32,000 nt of DNA. Source: an uncultured Chloroflexia bacterium. GTDB lineage: Bacteria > Chloroflexota > Anaerolineae > Anaerolineales > Anaerolineaceae. Position 1 is the first letter of the stretch; the number at the start of each line of letters is the position of its first letter. The stretch is from positions 3,600,001 through 3,632,000 of the forward strand of contig OY969938.1 in the NCBI GenBank assembly GCA_963704755.1, in the 5' to 3' direction. This document shows, piece by piece, positions 24,037-32,000 of the stretch. The position numbers and the translations under genes were made by a program. The notes below the pieces were generated by a model, which was not told the DNA's origin, made no database searches, and saw only the letters and a list, made by a program, of their open reading frames with translations.

Positions 24037-26069
24037 GCTGTTTCCCTTATAAGTGCCTGCGCCTGCCGGGCAATATTTTCAGCGGTCAAGCCAAACTTTT
24101 CGAAAAGGACTTGATACGGTGCCGACGCACCAAATCGATCGATGCCCATAGATGCGCCAGACTTGCCGGTATAGCGGGGCCAGGCCAGGGTAAGGCCGGC
24201 TTCAATTGAAAGGCAGGGTAAACCCTCCGGGAGTACTTCCTGGCGATATTCGGGTGGTTGAGCGTCAAAAAGTTCCCAACTGGGCATCGAGACTACCCGA
24301 GCCGCCACCCCTTGACCGGCCAGCACCTTTTGGGCATCCAGGGCCAGGCTGACTTCTGATCCGGTTCCCAAGAGGACGACCTGCGGATCCTTCCCATCCC
24401 GCGGGTCTGCCAAAATGTAGGCGCCTTGTGCTGCCGGGTTAGCGGATGGGCTGATCAGCGGCAGAGACTGGCGCGTGAGAATGAGCGCAGTCGGGCCGCC
24501 AGTGCGTTTCAATGCCGCGTGCCAGGCCGCGCGCGTTTCGTGAGCGTCTGCCGGACGAAAAACCACCAGGTTGGGAATAGAGCGTAAAGCGGTCAAGTGT
24601 TCCACCGGCTGGTGGGTAGGGCCATCCTCTCCAAGGCCAATGCTGTCGTGGGTAAACACGTAGATCACCGGCAGTTTCATGAGCGCCGCCAGCCGGATGG
24701 AAGGACGCATGTAGTCAGAAAATACCAGGAATGTGCCACCATACGGATGCAGCCCATGTAATGCCAACCCATTCATAATAGATCCCATTGCGTGCTCGCG
24801 AACGCCATAATGAATGTATCTTCCAGTGTAATCGGGTGGCAGCAGGTCCGCAGCGCTTTTTGCCCGAGTATTATTACTGGGCGTCAGGTCGGCCGACCCG
24901 CCTACCAGGAAGGGAAGATGGGGAAAGATCGCATCCAAAACTTTTCCGGAGGCTGCACGGGTAGCCAGTTTTTGGTTTTCATCGAAGACAGGCAGGTTGG
25001 CTTCCCAATCCGCCGGTAAAACACCCGCCTGCCACTCGCGCCAGGCGACCGCCAGGTCAGGGTAATCAACGAAGTAGCGATCCAGCATTTGATTCCATAC
25101 GTTTTGGCGATCCGCCAGGCGCTGCCCGATCCCATCCAGATAAGTGCGCACCGCTTCCGGTATGTAGAAATCTGTTTCTACTGGAAAGCCCAGGGCTTCC
25201 TTTGTACTGCGTAAATCATCTGCACCTAGCGGCTCACCGTGTGCCTTGGAGCTATCCTGGCGGGGGCTGCCCCAGCCGATATGAGTTTTACAGATCAGGA
25301 TAGAAGGGTAGTCTGTCTCTTGTTGAGCGGCTGCCAGTGCCCAACTAATCTCACCCATATTATGCCCATCAACTTCCTGGACGTGCCAGTGGTAAGCGCG
25401 GAACCGGGCAGCGGTATCATCGGCAAAGCTCAACGATGTGGGCCCGTCGATAGAAATACTATTATCGTCGTAAAGGACGATCAGTTTGCCTAATTTCCAG
25501 CAGCCGGCCAGGGACGCCGCTTCGTGGGATAGCCCTTCCATCAGGTCGCCATCCGAAGCCAGTACATAGGTGAAATGATCTAACACGGCATAGCCCGGGC
25601 GGTTGAAATATGAAGCCAGCCAACGTTCTGCAAGAGCCAGCCCTACAGCACTGGCAAAGCCCTGACCTAACGGGCCGGTGGTGATTTCGACGCCGTGTTT
25701 GATATCATATTCCGGATGGCCGGGAGTAACACTACCCCATTGTCGGAACTGTCCCAGGTCTTGCAATGAATAGTGCTGTCCCCATAAGTGGAGCAGGCTG
25801 TACAACAAAGCCGATCCGTGTCCGGCCGAGAGGACAAAGCGATCCCGGTCGGCCCAGGTGGGATCCTGCGGATTGAACTTCATAAAGTGCGTCCAAAGGG
25901 TCGTCACCAGGTCGGCTACGCCGAGCGGTAACCCCGGATGTCCAGAGTTGGCTTTCTGAACAGTATCTACTGCTAGAAAGCGTAATGTATGCGCCAGCAA
26001 GATGTCCGGGTCAGGGTAACGATCGCGGAGGGCTGCATCGGCAAAAGGGATAGATTCGGAAGGTTCCAT
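24033..26069 (-). CDS. tkt: Transketolase
   Basis: 678 aa. Contains NSGHPGLPLGVAD, GHGSALLYSLLHL, GPLGQGFASAVGLA, SDGDLMEG and THDSIGLGEDGPTHQP. RBS GAGGAG. Confidence 0.93.
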   Translation of the reverse strand: MEPSESIPFADAALRDRYPDPDILLAHTLRFLAVDTVQKANSGHPGLPLGVADLVTTLWTHFMKFNPQDPTWADRDRFVLSAGHGSALLYSLLHLWGQHYSLQDLGQFRQWGSVTPGHPEYDIKHGVEITTGPLGQGFASAVGLALAERWLASYFNRPGYAVLDHFTYVLASDGDLMEGLSHEAASLAGCWKLGKLIVLYDDNSISIDGPTSLSFADDTAARFRAYHWHVQEVDGHNMGEISWALAAAQQETDYPSILICKTHIGWGSPRQDSSKAHGEPLGADDLRSTKEALGFPVETDFYIPEAVRTYLDGIGQRLADRQNVWNQMLDRYFVDYPDLAVAWREWQAGVLPADWEANLPVFDENQKLATRAASGKVLDAIFPHLPFLVGGSADLTPSNNTRAKSAADLLPPDYTGRYIHYGVREHAMGSIMNGLALHGLHPYGGTFLVFSDYMRPSIRLAALMKLPVIYVFTHDSIGLGEDGPTHQPVEHLTALRSIPNLVVFRPADAHETRAAWHAALKRTGGPTALILTRQSLPLISPSANPAAQGAYILADPRDGKDPQVVLLGTGSEVSLALDAQKVLAGQGVAARVVSMPSWELFDAQPPEYRQEVLPEGLPCLSIEAGLTLAWPRYTGKSGASMGIDRFGASAPYQVLFEKFGLTAENIARQAQALIRETA

Positions 26070-26280
26070 AAAAGTCTCCTCAATTTTATTTTGGGTTTAT
26101 CGAGCACCTGGCGAAAAGCAAAATATTCTCAACCTTTTTCCCTGGGACTCTTCCGGATACGCCCATCCCAAAAATATCGAACCAGGGGCAACCAATACTT
26201 GCTACTTTCGAGCGTAAGTTGGGGCGAATGCAGGTTGGCTTGTATCTTCACAAATGCTCTAAACCATGTAAATGCATCTA

Positions 26281-26317
26281 ATAAAACTGCCCGTAGGTTA
26301 TATTCCCCTACGGGCAG
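26281..26317 (-). terminator. Rho-independent terminator after the transaldolase gene
   Basis: On the minus strand: CTGCCCGTAGG, a 9-nt loop, CCTACGGGCAG, then TTTTATTAG. It begins about 20 nt past the stop at 26337. Confidence 0.7.
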
Positions 26318-26336
26318 AACCGTTTCAAAATTGCGG

Positions 26337-27557
26337 TTAAAACTTGGGCATTCGTTCCTGTACAAAGTCAACCATTTTCTGGGTGGCCCCGGAGAATTCT
26401 TTATAGGTACTGACCAGGGACGGAATGGTATTGAATTCTGCCTGGCTGTAGCCATCTGGTTCGTATGAACGGGTGAAATAAGGGATCTTCATCAATCGTT
26501 CCATCACATCTGATGGAATATCTTCCCAAATACGCGGTTTAAATTGAAGGTTCTCACCCTGGATAAAGAGTTCGCTCAGGAAATTAGGGGGGAGGGTGAA
26601 AACCGCATCTGCACCAGCCGTCTCTTCCAGATGGCTGCAATGGACGGCCCCATCAAAGTTAGGCCCCATACGCACAGAACAGATGAGCATCTTGCTGGGA
26701 TAGGCATTCTCGCGGTAAATCCGATAAGCCTTCTTGAACAAAGCCAATCCAGCCCAACGCCGATCATTTGGGGTTATTTCAACCCCGGCTGCCATGGCCT
26801 CTTCGGTAAAAGCCTCTGAATTTTCCCAGCGGGCACTCATATACGTTACTACCGAGCGCCAATGGGTCAAATCCACCCCTTTTTTACGGGCTTCGATCAA
26901 GCCTTCCTGAACGGCTTTGGCAACGGCAAGGAACTGCGGGATAATATAGCCGGCAGTGCAATTGGTTGGAATACCCCGGGCAGTTAATTCGCGAATTACA
27001 TCCACGCCTTCGGTTGTGCCGGGAATTTTAACCATCACGTTTGGAGCCAGGGCGCTCAATTCCAGCGCCTGGCGAAGCATCAATTCGCCGTCGAAGAACT
27101 TGCGGGGATCTACCTGGCCGGAAAGATACCCATACACGAAACCTGAGGACTTAAAAACAGGCAGGTAGCTTTTTGCGCCCAGGAGCACAATTTCTTTGTA
27201 CAATGCCCAGAACACATCTTCAACGCTGGCACCACGGTTCTTCTGGCAATAATCTCGGATCCAGCCTTCCCAGCGTTCAGGGTCATTTTTCATCGCATTA
27301 AGCGAAAGCGGGGGATTGGTCGTCACACCCCGGAAAAGAGTATTTTCGGGATGATCGGGATCATATAATCGAACCAATTGGGCATGAAGAGTGGCTTGTT
27401 TCTCGGTGGGACACTGGTTCATTAGTTGATCTACCCAGTTTTGGTAAACCAGGGGAGAGGAGTCCCACCACACCTCCAATCCCGGGGAGGTTTTTAAGAG
27501 TTGTTCAACTACACTCTCGGGGACGCTGCCCGAAGCGTTTTCTATAGAAATACCCAT
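26337..27557 (-). CDS. tal: Transaldolase-family protein (long form)
   Basis: I place the start at MGISIENASG (ATG 27557) after AAGGA. Contains NVMVKIPGTTEGVDVIRELTARGIPTNCTAGY, with the Schiff-base Lys context KIP.T.EG. The 29 extra N-terminal codons of the track ORF are unsupported. Confidence 0.8.
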   Translation of the reverse strand: MGISIENASGSVPESVVEQLLKTSPGLEVWWDSSPLVYQNWVDQLMNQCPTEKQATLHAQLVRLYDPDHPENTLFRGVTTNPPLSLNAMKNDPERWEGWIRDYCQKNRGASVEDVFWALYKEIVLLGAKSYLPVFKSSGFVYGYLSGQVDPRKFFDGELMLRQALELSALAPNVMVKIPGTTEGVDVIRELTARGIPTNCTAGYIIPQFLAVAKAVQEGLIEARKKGVDLTHWRSVVTYMSARWENSEAFTEEAMAAGVEITPNDRRWAGLALFKKAYRIYRENAYPSKMLICSVRMGPNFDGAVHCSHLEETAGADAVFTLPPNFLSELFIQGENLQFKPRIWEDIPSDVMERLMKIPYFTRSYEPDGYSQAEFNTIPSLVSTYKEFSGATQKMVDFVQERMPKF

Positions 27558-27611
27558 ATTCAACTGTCCTTTTCTATAATTAGTTTGTTCTGACCAATCG
27601 CTTCTGCCCTG

Positions 27612-27640
27612 GGGAGAAACCGGAAATCCCGGTTTCTCCC
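27612..27640. other. Perfect 12-bp GC-rich stem-loop between the kinase gene/IS and the transaldolase gene
   Basis: GGGAGAAACCGG (27612-27623), loop AAATC, then CCGGTTTCTCCC (27629-27640). No T tract on either strand. Confidence 0.35.
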
Positions 27641-27683
27641 TCAAACGAGTTTATTCCGCTCCCACCAGAACCGATCAGGCCAT

Positions 27684-27723
27684 TGACCTTTCCCCGAATC
27701 AGTAGACACGAATGAAGGGTGAG
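27684..27723 (+). repeat. IS left terminal inverted repeat
   Basis: TGACCTTTCCCCGAATCAGTAGACACGAATGAAGGGTGAG. Confidence 0.85.
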
Positions 27724-27755
27724 AGATGTACAGTAAAAGGGAACGGAGGAAGGTC

Positions 27756-28064
27756 ATGAGTGACAAGAAATATCGAGAATACACCGATGAGTTCAAGCGG
27801 GAAGCGTTAGAGCTGCTGAAAAGCAGCGGGAAGAGTGCAGGACAGCTTGAGCGGGAACTGGGGATAACGCCAGGGATGTTGCTAAAGTGGCGGGATCGAT
27901 ACGAGGTGGTGTTGCCAGAGAACCAGGAGCCGAAGCTGGTACCGAGTGATTTAGAAGCGGCCAAAAGGGAGATTGTGCGTTTGCAACGGGAGCTGAAGGA
28001 GATAGCCGAAGAGCGAGAGATCCTAAAAAAAGTAGTCAACATTTTCTCCCGGAAAGGCGGATGA
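27756..28064 (+). CDS. IS3-family transposase OrfA (HTH)
   Basis: Begins MSDKKYREYTDEFKREALELL... after GGAGGAAGG. The track ORF starts 10 codons earlier at 27726. Confidence 0.85.
   Translation: MSDKKYREYTDEFKREALELLKSSGKSAGQLERELGITPGMLLKWRDRYEVVLPENQEPKLVPSDLEAAKREIVRLQRELKEIAEEREILKKVVNIFSRKGG
28025..28031 (+). promoter_or_regulatory. Programmed -1 ribosomal frameshift slippery heptamer A-AAA-AAA
   Basis: In orfA phase the site reads CTA AAA AAA GTA. The -1 frame is open from here (KKSSQHFLPERR) into the orfB ATG at 28061, so an OrfAB fusion is possible. Confidence 0.7.
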
Positions 28065-28918
28065 AGTACACGTTTATGGCTGCCCACGAAGAGCAATTTC
28101 AGATCAAGCGGATGTGCCGGATGCTGAGTGTGAAGCGCAGTGGGTATTACGCCTGGCGGAAACGAACGCCCAGCACGCGGGAACAAGCCAACCAGGCTCT
28201 GCTGGAGCTGATTACAGCAGAGCATGAGCGCAGCCGGAAAACATATGGCAGCCCGCGTGTGTACGTGGTTCTGCGGCGAAAAGGGGTAGTGTGTGGGCAT
28301 AATCGGGTGGCACGCCTGATGCGTTTGCATGGGATCGCAGCCCTTGCAAGGCGCAAGTACCGTCCAGTGACCACCCACCGCCAGCCAGGGGCGATTCCTG
28401 CCCCCAACCGGCTGAACCAGGACTTCTCCGCCTCTGCCCCCAACCAGAAATGGGTCAGTGATTTTACCTACATCGAGACCGGAGAAGGCTGGTTGTATCT
28501 GGCCGTGGTCTTGGACTTGTTCTCCCGCAAAGTGATTGGGTGGTCGATGAGCCAGAAGATGGACACCGCCTTGGTAGAAACAGCTTTGCGTATGGCCCTC
28601 CTGGGACGTCATCCACCGGCTGGCCTGCTGCACCACTCCGATCAGGGCAGCCAGTACACCAGCGCTGCCTACCGCTCCTGCTTGACCGAAGCTCTGGCCC
28701 AACTGAGTATGAGCGGGGCTGGCAACTGTTACGACAATGCGGTCATGGAGAGTTTCTTTGGCACTCTGAAAACCGAATGCGTTACGGGTCCATTTCTTAC
28801 CCGTACCTTGGCTCGCACGACCATTTTTGAATACCTGGAGGTTTGGTACAATCGCCAACGACTACACTCTACTTTGGGCTACCTCAGCCCCGTTGATTTC
28901 GAAAACCTCACCCTTTAA
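28061..28918 (+). CDS. IS3-family transposase OrfB (DDE integrase core)
   Basis: Contains WVSDFTYIETGEGWLYLAVVLDLFSRKVIGW, HHSDQGSQYTS and NCYDNAVMESFFGTLKTE. ATGA overlap with the orfA stop. The stop lies inside the right IR. Confidence 0.9.
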   Translation: MKYTFMAAHEEQFQIKRMCRMLSVKRSGYYAWRKRTPSTREQANQALLELITAEHERSRKTYGSPRVYVVLRRKGVVCGHNRVARLMRLHGIAALARRKYRPVTTHRQPGAIPAPNRLNQDFSASAPNQKWVSDFTYIETGEGWLYLAVVLDLFSRKVIGWSMSQKMDTALVETALRMALLGRHPPAGLLHHSDQGSQYTSAAYRSCLTEALAQLSMSGAGNCYDNAVMESFFGTLKTECVTGPFLTRTLARTTIFEYLEVWYNRQRLHSTLGYLSPVDFENLTL

Positions 28919-28946
28919 CTATGTCTACTAAACCGGGGAAAGGTCA
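28907..28946 (+). repeat. IS right terminal inverted repeat
   Basis: Its reverse complement reads TGACCTTTCCCCGGTTTAGTAGACATAGTTAAAGGGTGAG. Confidence 0.85.
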
Positions 28947-30482
28947 CATTTGCAGATTGGCAATTTTGTCGAAGGTGCCGGAATTCGTTAGACCGTCGTA
29001 AGCCTTCGTGTATGCCTCATACATTTCCTCGTAGATTGCGTGGTTCTTCAGATCGGGTTCAACCGTGCCGGTCACTTCCACCATATTGTCCACAGCCTCG
29101 GGGATGGAGGCGAACACGCCGGCGCCTACACCGCCCAGAATAGCTGCGCCCAGGACCGTGGATTCGCCGACTTTCAGAGTTTGGACCGGGCGACCGTACA
29201 CATCCGCCTGGATATGATTCCAAAGTGGCGATTTCGTTGCTCCGCCGCCCAGACGTAAAGATTTGATCTCCACACCTGCCTTCAACCAGCCATCCATCAT
29301 ATCCCGTACCTCGAGGGTGACACCTTCCAGCACGGAGCGCACCATTTCGGGGCGACCATGCGCAAACGACATGCCGATGAAGGCAGAGCGAGCATTGGCA
29401 TTCCAGCGCGGAGTTGCAGCCGTGCCCAGGTAAGGCAGATACAAAAGACCTTTGCTGCCCGGTACGGATTTTGCGGCTTCCTCATTGAGGAATTCGTAGG
29501 CATCCTTGTCCATTTCCTTCGCCCAGGCGACTTCCTGAGTGCCGATCACATCGCGGAACCAGCGATAGGAGCTGGCGGCGGCGTTGGAAAGACCTTCCAT
29601 TTCCCACATTCCAGGCACAGCGTGATTGGTGATCATCATTCCGCCAAAGCCAGGAATGCGTTTGTCCAGCGAAAGGATAGCCAGCCCGGCCGTTCCAAGG
29701 GTGACCGTGACGATTCCGCTTTTGACCGAACCCATACCGACAACACCGCAGTTCTGATCGCCGGCACCGACACAGATAGCTGTGCCAACCGCAAAGCCGG
29801 TCTTTTCGGCGACGTTTTTGTTTACCGTGGCAACCTGAGTTCCTGCCGGGGTGGGTTTCCCCATCATTTCGGGGCGGACCTCGAATAAATCACAAAGTTC
29901 TTTATCCCACTGGAGCTCGGCAACATTCCAGACCCCATAGAATGCCATATCACAGATATCGGTATAAAAATCATCCGCGCCAAAGGCTTTTAAGACCGCG
30001 TCCTGGTTCTGAACGAACTTGTAAGTCTTTTTATAAAGTTCTGGTTCGTTCTTGCGCATCCACAGCATCTTGGTAATATTCCAGGTTGTGCCCATGGGCA
30101 TACCCGAAATACTGTAATAACGTTCCCCATCGATGAGTTTCTGCATATCCGAAACTTCATTCCCGGTCCGTGCGTCCTGCCAACCGATCATCGGACGAAC
30201 TTTGCCGCCATCTTCGTTGACAGGTACCGTGACCGAACGTTGGGTGGAGAAGCCAATAGAAGCTATTTCCTTTGGATCGACGCCCGACGCAGCAATTGTC
30301 GCTTTGCACGCTTCCATCGTCATCGCCACCATTTCGTCCAGGTCCTGTTCTACCCAACCAGGTTTCGGATAGGTGGCGGAATACTCCCGATATTTGCTGG
30401 CGATAAAATTACCTTCCATATCGAAGATTGCGCAGCGCGCGCCCGTTGTGCCCACATCAATTCCCGCAAGGTACTTGGCCAT
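28944..30482 (-). CDS. FGGY-family carbohydrate kinase (substrate not assignable from sequence)
   Basis: 512 aa, RBS GGAG. N-terminal ATPase motif LAGIDVGTTGARCAIFD. Also contains GAGDQNCGVVGMG and LRLGGGATKSPLWNHIQADVYG. The stop codon TGA (28944-28946) is formed by the last 3 nt of the IS. Confidence 0.85.
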   Translation of the reverse strand: MAKYLAGIDVGTTGARCAIFDMEGNFIASKYREYSATYPKPGWVEQDLDEMVAMTMEACKATIAASGVDPKEIASIGFSTQRSVTVPVNEDGGKVRPMIGWQDARTGNEVSDMQKLIDGERYYSISGMPMGTTWNITKMLWMRKNEPELYKKTYKFVQNQDAVLKAFGADDFYTDICDMAFYGVWNVAELQWDKELCDLFEVRPEMMGKPTPAGTQVATVNKNVAEKTGFAVGTAICVGAGDQNCGVVGMGSVKSGIVTVTLGTAGLAILSLDKRIPGFGGMMITNHAVPGMWEMEGLSNAAASSYRWFRDVIGTQEVAWAKEMDKDAYEFLNEEAAKSVPGSKGLLYLPYLGTAATPRWNANARSAFIGMSFAHGRPEMVRSVLEGVTLEVRDMMDGWLKAGVEIKSLRLGGGATKSPLWNHIQADVYGRPVQTLKVGESTVLGAAILGGVGAGVFASIPEAVDNMVEVTGTVEPDLKNHAIYEEMYEAYTKAYDGLTNSGTFDKIANLQM

Positions 30483-30514
30483 TTTAATAATCTCCTATTC
30501 GCGATCAAAAATGA

Positions 30515-31253
30515 TTAGTTGGGGTAGAGTGTTTTGACTACATCGGGCAACGATTCGATTATTTCAACCGCTGCACGAGTACCTATTAAGGAGGCTCCCA
30601 TACGAATAAAAGCGTACGCATTAATAACCCGCGGTTCAACCACCCCCGAAACTTTGAGTTTGCAGTGAGTGCCCGTTTCCGCTAAGGTGTCCAAGATGAT
30701 CTGGGCATCTTTGAAGTTGGGACGGCCGCTTGGGCCGGCTCCGGTCGCTGTTTTGACAAAGTCCGCGCCTGAACTCGGCAACAATTTTTGTGGCAATTTT
30801 CGTTTCTTCGTTGGTCAGGTATCCCACCTTGATGATGACTTTGGCGATCAGGCCGGCATCGTGACAAAGTTTGACAAACCGGTTGCATTCTGCGGCATAC
30901 AGGTCGTATTTGCCGTCCTTCAGCCAGGCAATGTTCGCAACCATGTCCAGTACAGTACAGCCAATGTGAATTTGATCTTCCGCCTCTGCTAACTTGGCGG
31001 TAGTGGTGGCCGACCCGTACGGGAAGGAAATGCCTGTGCCAATGAGCACCTTGTTCTCGCGGCAAAAGTCGCCGATTTCGTGAACGATCAAAGGCGTCCA
31101 ATGAGGCAGCACATAATATGCGGCGAACTTATATTTGCGAACATCCTCACAGCCAGCGAGCTGATGCTTATCTTGCCAATCCGGCGCCAGAATAGCATAG
31201 TCGATCATCCTGGCAACGTCTTCCTTGCTCAACTTCGAAATATCTGTGGGCAT
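30515..31253 (-). pseudogene. Deoxyribose-phosphate aldolase (DeoC/DERA)-like gene split by a 1-nt frameshift near 30770-30773
   Basis: ORF 30636-31253 matches the N-terminal two-thirds of the neighbouring paralog up to ...NEETKIATKIVAE. ORF 30515-30796, in the other frame, supplies GADFVKTATGAGPSG... (the KT.TG Schiff-base Lys motif) through the C-terminus. Confidence 0.65.
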
Positions 31254-31295
31254 AATCCTTATCCTTGAAAGGCAAATGGAAGCAGGTGAATAGGA

Positions 31296-31997
31296 CTACT
31301 GAAATTTGGGGACCATACCGATTTCGCGCAGCAGATCCAGCGAATCAATGATTTCTGGGGCGGCCCGTGTACCAATCCGATCGGCGCCGGCGAGCAAGAA
31401 TGTAAAAGCGTTCTGCGGGCGGGGGAACTTTACTCCGGCCACCTTGAGCTTGACATCGGTGCCTTCCAGAGTTTTGCGCATCACCATGAATTGCTCCAGG
31501 GTGGGGCCTTCGAATTGCCCGGTAGAGGTTTTTGCATACTGCACACCGGTTTCTTCGATCATTTTACAGGCCGCAGCGATATCCTCATTACTAAGAAAAC
31601 AGACTTCGAGGATACATTTCGTGACAGCTTTACCGGCCGCTTTGACAAAGCTCTCCAACTCCTCACGGATCACGGTATACCGCTTATCCTTCAGAGCGCC
31701 CACGTTCAATACCACGTCTACCGCCGTACAACCGCGTTTGACCGCATCTTCAGTCTCGAAGGCTTTAACGCTGGCAGGGGCGCTTCCAAACGGAAAGGAA
31801 ATGCCAGTCCCGATTTCAATATTTGGGAACCCGGCCAGCTCTTCCTTGATGATAGGAGTCCAGTAGGCGCTGCTGGAATAGAAGGCAGCGAATTGATACT
31901 CGCGTGTCAGCGCACACCCTTTACGAATGGCATCTTCGTTTGTGTCTTTGGGGAGAACTGAGTAATCAAAGACCTTTGCAAGTGCTTTTTTGTCCAT
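31296..31997 (-). CDS. Deoxyribose-phosphate aldolase (DeoC/DERA)-like aldolase
   Basis: 233 aa, complete. Contains TAVDVVLNVGAL, KCILEVCFLSNEDI, YAKTSTGQ and LKVAGVKFP, which correspond to DERA active-site regions. Confidence 0.75.
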   Translation of the reverse strand: MDKKALAKVFDYSVLPKDTNEDAIRKGCALTREYQFAAFYSSSAYWTPIIKEELAGFPNIEIGTGISFPFGSAPASVKAFETEDAVKRGCTAVDVVLNVGALKDKRYTVIREELESFVKAAGKAVTKCILEVCFLSNEDIAAACKMIEETGVQYAKTSTGQFEGPTLEQFMVMRKTLEGTDVKLKVAGVKFPRPQNAFTFLLAGADRIGTRAAPEIIDSLDLLREIGMVPKFQ

Positions 31998-32000
31998 CTT

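Larger units (their letters stand above)
27684..28946 (+). mobile_element. IS3-family insertion sequence, 1263 bp, apparently intact
   Basis: Imperfect terminal inverted repeats of 40 bp starting TG...CA (32 of 40 positions match by my alignment). Flanking 3-bp direct repeat CAT (27681-27683 and 28947-28949). orfA and orfB sit in 0/-1 frames with an A7 slippery site. Confidence 0.9.

Noticed and set aside
27641-28858. 405-aa ORF on the minus strand
   Set aside because: It lies entirely antisense to the IS3 transposase genes, whose products have clear family motifs. The translation is low-complexity (Ser/Pro/Arg/Gly-rich) with no recognisable motif. It also runs through the IS boundary into the tal upstream region.

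Overview
This 32-kb bacterial window is moderately GC-rich and has four blocks. The taxon cannot be established from sequence alone; a Thr/Pro/Ala-repeat lipoprotein linker and the gene content would fit a Chloroflexota-like organism, but that is a guess.

(1) 890-11218, minus strand: an eight-gene chemosensory operon in the order cheA(short)-cheR-cheB-mcp-cheW-mcp-REC-cheA(long). This is the most interesting part.
- CheA function appears split. The first gene encodes a P3-P4-P5 kinase with intact ATP-binding boxes but no HPt domain.
- The last gene encodes an HPt protein with a second HPt-like domain whose phospho-His is replaced by Asp, a degenerate kinase core and a CheW-like domain.
- The two MCP genes are about 97% identical, with near-identical sensor domains. 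They differ by a 45-aa HAMP-like module present in only one copy.

(2) 11219-13476: an AT-rich 626-bp spacer with long nested palindromes, then tatA and a lactonase-type beta-propeller gene.

(3) 13548-20670, plus strand: a LacI-controlled sugar locus. It holds a CUT1-type ABC binding protein, two permeases, a GH13_18 sucrose-phosphorylase-family enzyme and a CE7 acetyl esterase. Matched palindromic operators are visible.

(4) 20743-31997: a GntR/HutC-type regulator with a near-consensus promoter and repeated GTCTATA boxes. It converges on a minus-strand sugar-phosphate cluster: two DERA-like aldolases, an FGGY kinase, transaldolase, transketolase, RpiA, a class II aldolase and a HAD phosphatase. 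This cluster carries three lesions:
- an IS3-family insertion with a 3-bp target duplication at the last codon of the kinase;
- a 1-nt frameshift in the class II aldolase;
- a 1-nt frameshift in one DERA-like paralog.

No rRNA, tRNA or CRISPR array was recognised.
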